55,354 nucleotides of DNA, taken from the NCBI GenBank assembly GCA_038087875.1, contig JAXLNO010005631.1, positions 318,647 to 374,000 of the forward strand. Direction: 5' to 3'. Below are positions 49,721 to 55,354 of this stretch, piece after piece (position 1 is the stretch's first letter; every line of letters begins with the position of its first letter). The notes under the pieces were generated by a model. That model was given only the letters and a program-made list of their open reading frames with translations. It did not search any database and was not told where the DNA came from. Made by a program: the position numbers and the translations under genes. This DNA comes from Malacoraja senta. Its lineage: Eukaryota.

Positions 49721-50159
49721 CATGCTGACTTCGGCCTATTTCATCATGAACTGTAACCTCACCCTTTATAATGGACTCTTATAAAATCTTCTCATCCTTT
49801 ATAAAATCTTACCAACTAGTGACGTCAGACTAACCGGCTTAACGTTTCCACTATTCTGCTTTGCTCCCTTCTTGTACAGCAGAATACTATTGGCAATTTT
49901 CCAATCGTCTGGAACCGCTCCCAACTTTAGTGATTCTTGAGATATCACTGTTAATGCCTCCAAAATCCTATCCTATTTTATATTATTGGCAATCTTACCT
50001 TCATAATTCACCTCCTAATCTTGCCTTTTTAGTTCCCTTCTGTTGTCCTTTCAAAGCTTCCCAATACTCTGGCTTCCCACTAATCTTTGCAATGTTATCT
50101 ACCTATTTTGGTTTGATTCTGCCCTTGACTTCCCTTTTCAGCCAGTCGCTTCATTCTAA

Positions 50160-51150
50160 TATTTGTATTATTAATTATTGTGACAGTATTTGTGCTAGTT
50201 TGGAGTATTTTTCTTTCACGTATGCCAGACGTGTTTAATATTTGAATCCCAGGTCTCTTACCCCTTGTTGTATATGCCTTTTCAACAACCATCTAATATG
50301 TGCCAGTCCGTTGATATGACTGATAAATAATGTGGTCACTCCATTAAAGTTATCTATGGATCACCTATAGATGTTTAGTGTACAGTGGAACGGGTTCGGA
50401 GGCATGAGCCTCATTTATTTACTCTGATCCCTGGAACTGGAACCCATAATATCCTGCCGTTGAATGCCTGACGCCCTTCATTTCCATCTACCACTTGCTT
50501 GTCCAAGTAAGTACACTGATGATCCACGGTAGTAATGAGGCAACTCTGTTATTGGACATCAGCCATTGCAACTCCAGACAGGCCCCAATCCTCATCCACG
50601 AGGATAATATACGGTCCCAATTCCCGTTTTTGTCATTTTCCACCCATTGGTTCTGCATTTGTTGTGAACACATGACCCGGTATTACATCCATAGTTCAGA
50701 AGAGGATGCCTATGGTATAACTGAAACAAACATTTTCATTGATACACGCTCGGTCATCCAAGCCTTCCATTTTCATTACTATGGCCCCTAACTTCACTCT
50801 TAATACATCCGATTATGCTTCTGCCTTAACAGCAATGGGGTTGGCCTCTGTTCTTGGTTAGAAAATATCCTACAATTCTGAAACCACTATTTCACTCTTC
50901 GAAAGCTACTCCAGCCCCAGCCGATGTGGGCATTCAATTGTCCAATTTTCCAGCAACGCATTTCCTTCAGTCCGATTGCCACTAGAAATTTTAATTTTGG
51001 ACAAAATACGGACTTTTTTATTTTAACATAAAATAAAAATCCACAGGTCATTGACCAGTTTTTTGTTTGCATTGGTATTAGGCCCTATCTACTTTCTGTT
51101 ACACCATTGCTTTCTATAGATACCTTGCACTGGGTCCTGTCTGGCTTCTT
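50160..51150 (+). pseudogene. Plus-strand GPRC6A-like pseudogene, signal peptide and flytrap domain
   Basis: One frame from 50162: FVLLIIVTVFVLVW (hydrophobic leader), IPGLLPL (cf. IGGLFAI), C-x14-IYS (cf. C-x14-IHS). ORF 50495-50791 continues IHGSNEAT, EDNIRSQFPFL (cf. SDKIRFPSFL), EEDAYG..NIF (cf. DDDYG..NTF). Confidence 0.6.
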
Positions 51151-51159
51151 GCTGTCCTT

Positions 51160-51215
51160 GTGTATATAAATATATATGTATATATCTATATCTATATTTA
51201 TATATCTATCTATTT
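51160..51215. repeat. TA-rich microsatellite abutting a gap
   Basis: TATATC/TATA repeats seen directly. Confidence 0.9.
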
Positions 51216-51356
51216 NNNNNNNNNNNNNNNNNNNNNNNNNNNNNNNNNNNNNNNNNNNNNNNNNNNNNNNNNNNNNNNNNNNNNNNNNNNNNNNNNNNNN
51301 NNNNNNNNNNNNNNNNNNNNNNNNNNNNNNNNNNNNNNNNNNNNNNNNNNNNNNNN
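51216..51356. other. Assembly gap (N run)
   Basis: 141 N bases. Confidence 1.
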
Positions 51357-51384
51357 AGAGAGAGGGGGGAGATAGTTTCAAATA

Positions 51385-51603
51385 ATGATATCGATAAATT
51401 AATCAAGATGCTGGTCAAGTGTCAGTACATATCACACCAGTCATGTTTCTATTCATCTAAATTCCGGCATTGCCAAATCTTGTCTTTCTGCTGTGATATC
51501 TCGACTTTCCCATTGTGAAACCTACAGTGCAGCCCTTCCTTTCTGCAATTTTAAGTATTCATTGCAGTGCATGAATGTGGCATGGGGTGGTGGTGGTCGC
51601 ACA
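51385..51603 (+). pseudogene. TM1-TM2 part of the plus-strand GPCR pseudogene, left of the hAT
   Basis: VMFLFI*IPALPNLVFLL*YLDFPIVK (cf. TM1 followed by DTPIVK / NTPVVK). It is in frame with the right flank across the TSD. Confidence 0.5.
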
Positions 51604-51741
51604 CAGGGCCGGATTTATGTATAAGCTTAACAACCTTAAGCTTAGGGCCTCGAGATCTAGGGGGGCCTCGCAGAGCCGGATTTACCACTACACTTCATAG
51701 GCTGAAGCCTAGGGCCTCCAAATCTAGGCGGCCTCCGGCCA

Positions 51742-51973
51742 NNNNNNNNNNNNNNNNNNNNNNNNNNNNNNNNNNNNNNNNNNNNNNNNNNNNNNNNNNN
51801 NNNNNNNNNNNNNNNNNNNNNNNNNNNNNNNNNNNNNNNNNNNNNNNNNNNNNNNNNNNNNNNNNNNNNNNNNNNNNNNNNNNNNNNNNNNNNNNNNNNN
51901 NNNNNNNNNNNNNNNNNNNNNNNNNNNNNNNNNNNNNNNNNNNNNNNNNNNNNNNNNNNNNNNNNNNNNNNNN
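51742..51973. other. Assembly gap (N run)
   Basis: 232 N bases. Confidence 1.
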
Positions 51974-52984
51974 CGGGCCGCCAGGTCTCCGATCTCCACT
52001 CGCTCCTCATCCACCGGCACCCACATGCGCATTGCTACGGCCAGCACACACCCCCTCCCCCTGCACATCCGCACAACCACGGCCAGCACATCATCGGCCG
52101 CCCTGCGCATGCGTACTGCCACGGCAACTGGTCGGCGATGGGCACTTTCTGCCTCGCTTTGAATTGTGGGAGATCTGGCCGCCATTGCTGTCCGGTCGCC
52201 AACTTGCCGCGACCGCTGAAAAACAACGCAGAATCCCTCCCTGACCCTGGATCTGGAGTAACTCCCTGGAGTAACTCTTGCTTCTGGTTTCCTGGTCCTC
52301 CATAAATATTCTAAATGGAATTTAAACTGGAAGTGGTGGAGGGCTGAACAATAACAGCCTATTGCATTTTATCTGTTGTGTATTATGTGTATATATATCG
52401 TCTATGGTGTATAAACACACTGAACTTTTATCTCCTGTTCTGTATTATGTTTACATATTCTGTTGTGCTGCAGCAAGCAAGAATTTCATTGTCCTATCTG
52501 GGACACATGACAATAAAACTCTCTTGACTCTTGACTGGACTTAAGCAAAAAAGAGTTATTGGGGAAAAAAGAGACACCTTAAATTTAGTTGCGTCTGGTT
52601 GTGTAACTATGGTAGGGTGAAGACAATTCCATGCTTTAATTGTGCAGGAGAACTCCATGGAGCAGCCAGCAACTCCGGATAGAAGAAATTGGGTGATGTT
52701 TCGGGTAGAGACCCTTCTTTAGACTCCCTCTGGTTTTAGTGTTTTTAGTTTAATTTAAAGATACAGCGTGGAAACAGGCCCTTCGGCCCACCGAGTCCAC
52801 GCCGACCACCGATCACCCGTACACTAGTTCTATCCCACACATTAGTGGAGTAAGTCAAGAGTCAAGAATGTTTTATTCTCTCACGTCCCAGTTAGAACAA
52901 TGAAATCCTTACTTGCAGCAGCACAACAGAATATGTAAACATTTTACTCTGTAAACAATGTTATAAACGAGAAAACAAAATGGT

Positions 52985-53070
52985 GTATATTTATATATGC
53001 ATATATAACTATATAAATATGTGTATGTGTGTGTGTGTATATATAATATATATACCCACACACACACACA
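52985..53070. repeat. Compound (TA)/(TG)/(CA) microsatellite
   Basis: Seen directly. Confidence 0.85.
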
Positions 53071-53244
53071 CAATTTCCCTCCTGGGATTAATAAAGTTCT
53101 ATCGTATAGTATAGTGTGTGTAGGAAGGAACTGCAGATGCTGGTTTAAACTGAAGATAGACACAAAAAGCTGGAGTAACTCAACAGGTCAGACAGAATCT
53201 CTGGACAAAAGGAAAATATTACATTTTGGGTTCGGTCTGAAATA

Positions 53245-53411
53245 GGTTCCTGCACACCTTTGGAATGTGGAAGGAAACAAGAGCACCCGGAGAAAACCCA
53301 TGCGATCAAAGTGAAAAGGAGCAAATTCCATACAGACAGCACCCATATTCAGGATCAATTCTGGGTCTCTGGCACTTTTAGGCAGCAACTTTATGGCCAA
53401 TGTACTGCCCC
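53245..53411 (-). mobile_element. V-SINE (HE1-like)
   Basis: Reverse complement of the V domain: TTTGGAATGTGGAAGGAAAC..GAGCACCCGGAGAAAACCCA..GCAAATTCCATACAGAC. Confidence 0.8.
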
Positions 53412-53558
53412 ATAGTCTTGAACTTAATTAAAAGATACAGTAGCTGTAAAGGGGAACATAGCGTCACTTGGAGATTTAAAACTAAAAATTGATATTAAAA
53501 TTGTTAGTAACCAAAGTTATCAACGTATAATTCTTTGTGTGTTGGAAAACAAAATATA

Positions 53559-53785
53559 GTGGCACAGCTGGTAGACTTGCTGCCTCACACTCCAGAGATC
53601 TGTGTTCGATCCTGTCCTCGGGCATTGTCTGTGTTGAATTTGCACATTCTCCCTGCAAGCGTGTGGGTTTCCTCCCACATCCCAAAGACGCATTAGCTTT
53701 GTAGGTTAACTTGTCTCTGTAAAATTGCCCCTTAATGTGTAGGGAGTGGGTGAGGAAAGTGGGATAACAGAACTTGTGTGAATGG
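53559..53785 (+). mobile_element. V-SINE (HE1-like) with tRNA-derived head
   Basis: A-box TGGCACAGCTGG, B-box GTTCGATCC, then GTCTGTGTTGAATTTGCACATTCTCCC..GGTTTCCTCCCACATCCCAAAGAC. Confidence 0.8.
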
Positions 53786-54210
53786 GTAGACAAAAATGCT
53801 GGAGAAACTCAACGGGTAAGGCAGCATCTATGGAGCGAAGGAATAGACGACGTTTCGGATCGGGGCCCTTCTTCAGATTGATGTGGGGGGGGGGACACGA
53901 AAAAGAAAGGAGGCGGAGACAGTAGGCTGTGGGAGAGCTGGGAATTGGAGAGGAAGGAAGGAGAAAGCAAGGACTACCTGAAATTAGAGAAGCCAATGTT
54001 TATACCGCTGGGGTATAAACTACCCAAGCAAATATATGGTGCTGCTCCTCCAATATGTGATGGGCTTCACTCTGGCCATGGAGGAGGCCCAGGACAGAAA
54101 GGTCGGATTCGGAATGGGAAGGGGAGTTGAAGTGTTGAGCCACCGGGAGATCAGGTTGGTTATTGCGAACTGAGTGGAGGTGTTATGCGAAGCGACTGGT
54201 CTCACCGAGG
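53786..54210 (-). mobile_element. Penelope-like GIY-YIG end plus terminal repeat
   Basis: The reverse strand encodes HSVRNNQPDLPVAQHFNSPSHSESDLSVLGLLH. Confidence 0.85.
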
Positions 54211-54902
54211 TTGATCAGACGCTGAATAATCCAACCACATTTTTGTTTGGATGTGGAAAGAAATAATAGAAATTGCATTCATTGCAACGTGTAAAAAGAG
54301 TTGAAAAAGTATTATAGTTTTGCTGCATGTCATTGTGGTATATATCATGTCTTGATTGGTGAATATGTTTAGTTTGTGACTTTATTTGAAGCAGAAATAA
54401 TATGTGAATGCTTCATTGAGCATAATTCCTACTGGTATCTAAGCACTTCGTCCGAGCACATTAGCGCATGCGTCATGCAAGCCATCTTAAATGACCACCT
54501 AAACTGTCATTTGGCAACTTAAAAAGCTGCCAAGGCTCCCCGTCTGACAACAGAGAAAAAAAATTAAGTGAGAGCCCTGCAAGGTGCAAGTTTTGACACT
54601 GTCATAGGCCTTTCTTCCATATGCTGTCACAACGCACTGTAGTCTCTAAACAAACCTTCAGTGATTTTCCTTGCCCTCCATTTCAGAATAATAGTGTATT
54701 AAGCCAATAACTCGATACTAGCACTGGCAATAAATAAATAAATAAAAAGTGCAGCTTTCCAGCCCCTTATCTCATTGGCCACGCTCGGCTGCAAATCGGT
54801 GTTAATCTGGTGGACCATCTTCCTCTAGTTGTGGGGGTGGGGGATTGGGAGGGGCCTCACGTGGAACATTTTAGGGCCTCTCTTCCTCTAAATCCGGCCC
54901 TG

Positions 54903-55230
54903 GTCGCACGATATGCAATAGAAATTGATGTTCCTTTGTTGTCTAACAATTTCTATAAAAATCTTGTGACTTCATTGCTCTCTTCAGCCTTTGTGTTTGC
55001 GGACCTTGCGCTCTTGCACCCTTGCGATTTTAGATTAATCCGAGCATTAGGACCCTGCGTACTCTTTACATCTCGTGCAACAAGTGGCGTTTCCATTCAG
55101 TGTCGCCCAGAGAGAGTCTGCATCTGCTGCCATCTCGTGGTGCATGTTTTCATTGCAGATTTGGGGATTTTAGATTGAATTTCGAACATTACCTGCGACC
55201 AGAGGACTCGGTTGCCATTGATACATATAT
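54903..55230 (+). pseudogene. TM3-ECL2 part of the plus-strand GPCR pseudogene, right of the hAT
   Basis: ORF 54810-55178 from ARYAI: KNLVTSLLSSAF (cf. KSLKILLAFSF), PCVLFT..GV (cf. PILIIFT..GI), then NITCD / EDSVAI (cf. LECEEGSILAF). Confidence 0.45.
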
Positions 55231-55354
55231 ATTTTTCGTTAGTATAGTTTAGCTTCCTTTATTGTCACGTTTACAGAGGAAGAGTGGAAAACGTTTGTTG
55301 CATGCTAACTATTCAGTGGGAAGGCTATACATAACTACCATCTAGCCATCCACA

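Larger units (their letters stand above)
51604..54902. mobile_element. hAT-superfamily DNA transposon (no transposase recognised) with nested SINE and PLE insertions
   Basis: 14-bp TIRs CAGGGCCGGATTTA (51604-51617) and TAAATCCGGCCCTG (54889-54902). 8-bp flanks GTCGCACA (51596-51603) and GTCGCACG (54903-54910). Confidence 0.88.

Noticed and set aside
51085-52244. ORFs of 68-225 aa around the gaps
   Set aside because: They are open only because they read through N runs.
53559-53640. tRNA gene (A and B boxes present)
   Set aside because: No complete cloverleaf is evident, and it is followed by a V-SINE core, so it is a SINE head.
54560-54580. AGAGCCCTG resembling the right TIR of a second nested hAT
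   Set aside because: No matching left TIR or TSD was found in the sequenced part; it could lie in the gap but is unsupported.
55250-55354. FVAC*LFSGKAIHNY resembling T1R ACSYLGKDLPENY
   Set aside because: The DNA matches a common dispersed repeat end (TTTATTGTCACGT..GTTGCxTGCTAAC), so the match is probably coincidental. It is a reminder that short motif matches here can be spurious.
1-55354. CRISPR arrays, operons, prokaryotic defence or retron systems
   Set aside because: There are no regularly spaced repeat-spacer arrays or bacterial-type genes. All reverse transcriptases are vertebrate non-LTR or Penelope types.

Overview
This is eukaryotic genomic DNA with no intact cellular protein-coding gene, no rRNA, tRNA or CRISPR features, and two N gaps. 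The repeat content suggests a cartilaginous fish, probably a skate or ray (inference). Most of the window is nested retrotransposon debris. CR1-clade LINEs dominate: two copies retain ORF1 (zinc finger plus esterase) and several retain long RT frames. Also present are one L2-type LINE with an uninterrupted RT frame, Penelope-like (GIY-YIG) fragments, V-SINEs, and a 3.3-kb hAT element bounded by 14-bp TIRs and an 8-bp TSD. The non-repeat islands between the TEs are mostly frameshifted, stop-ridden remnants of class C GPCR genes, closest by recalled motifs to GPRC6A (GPRC6A/T1R/V2R branch), and they lie on both strands. At least two copies (19.2-20.8 kb, minus; 50.2-55.2 kb, plus) appear colinear across positions where this family normally has introns, which suggests a decayed cluster of intron-poor or retroposed receptors. 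The 24-41 kb region is a tandem segmental amplification of a CR1 plus GPCR-remnant module. The GPCR calls rest on manual translation compared with motifs recalled from memory and need HMM or tblastn confirmation. Most TE boundaries are approximate (tens of bp).
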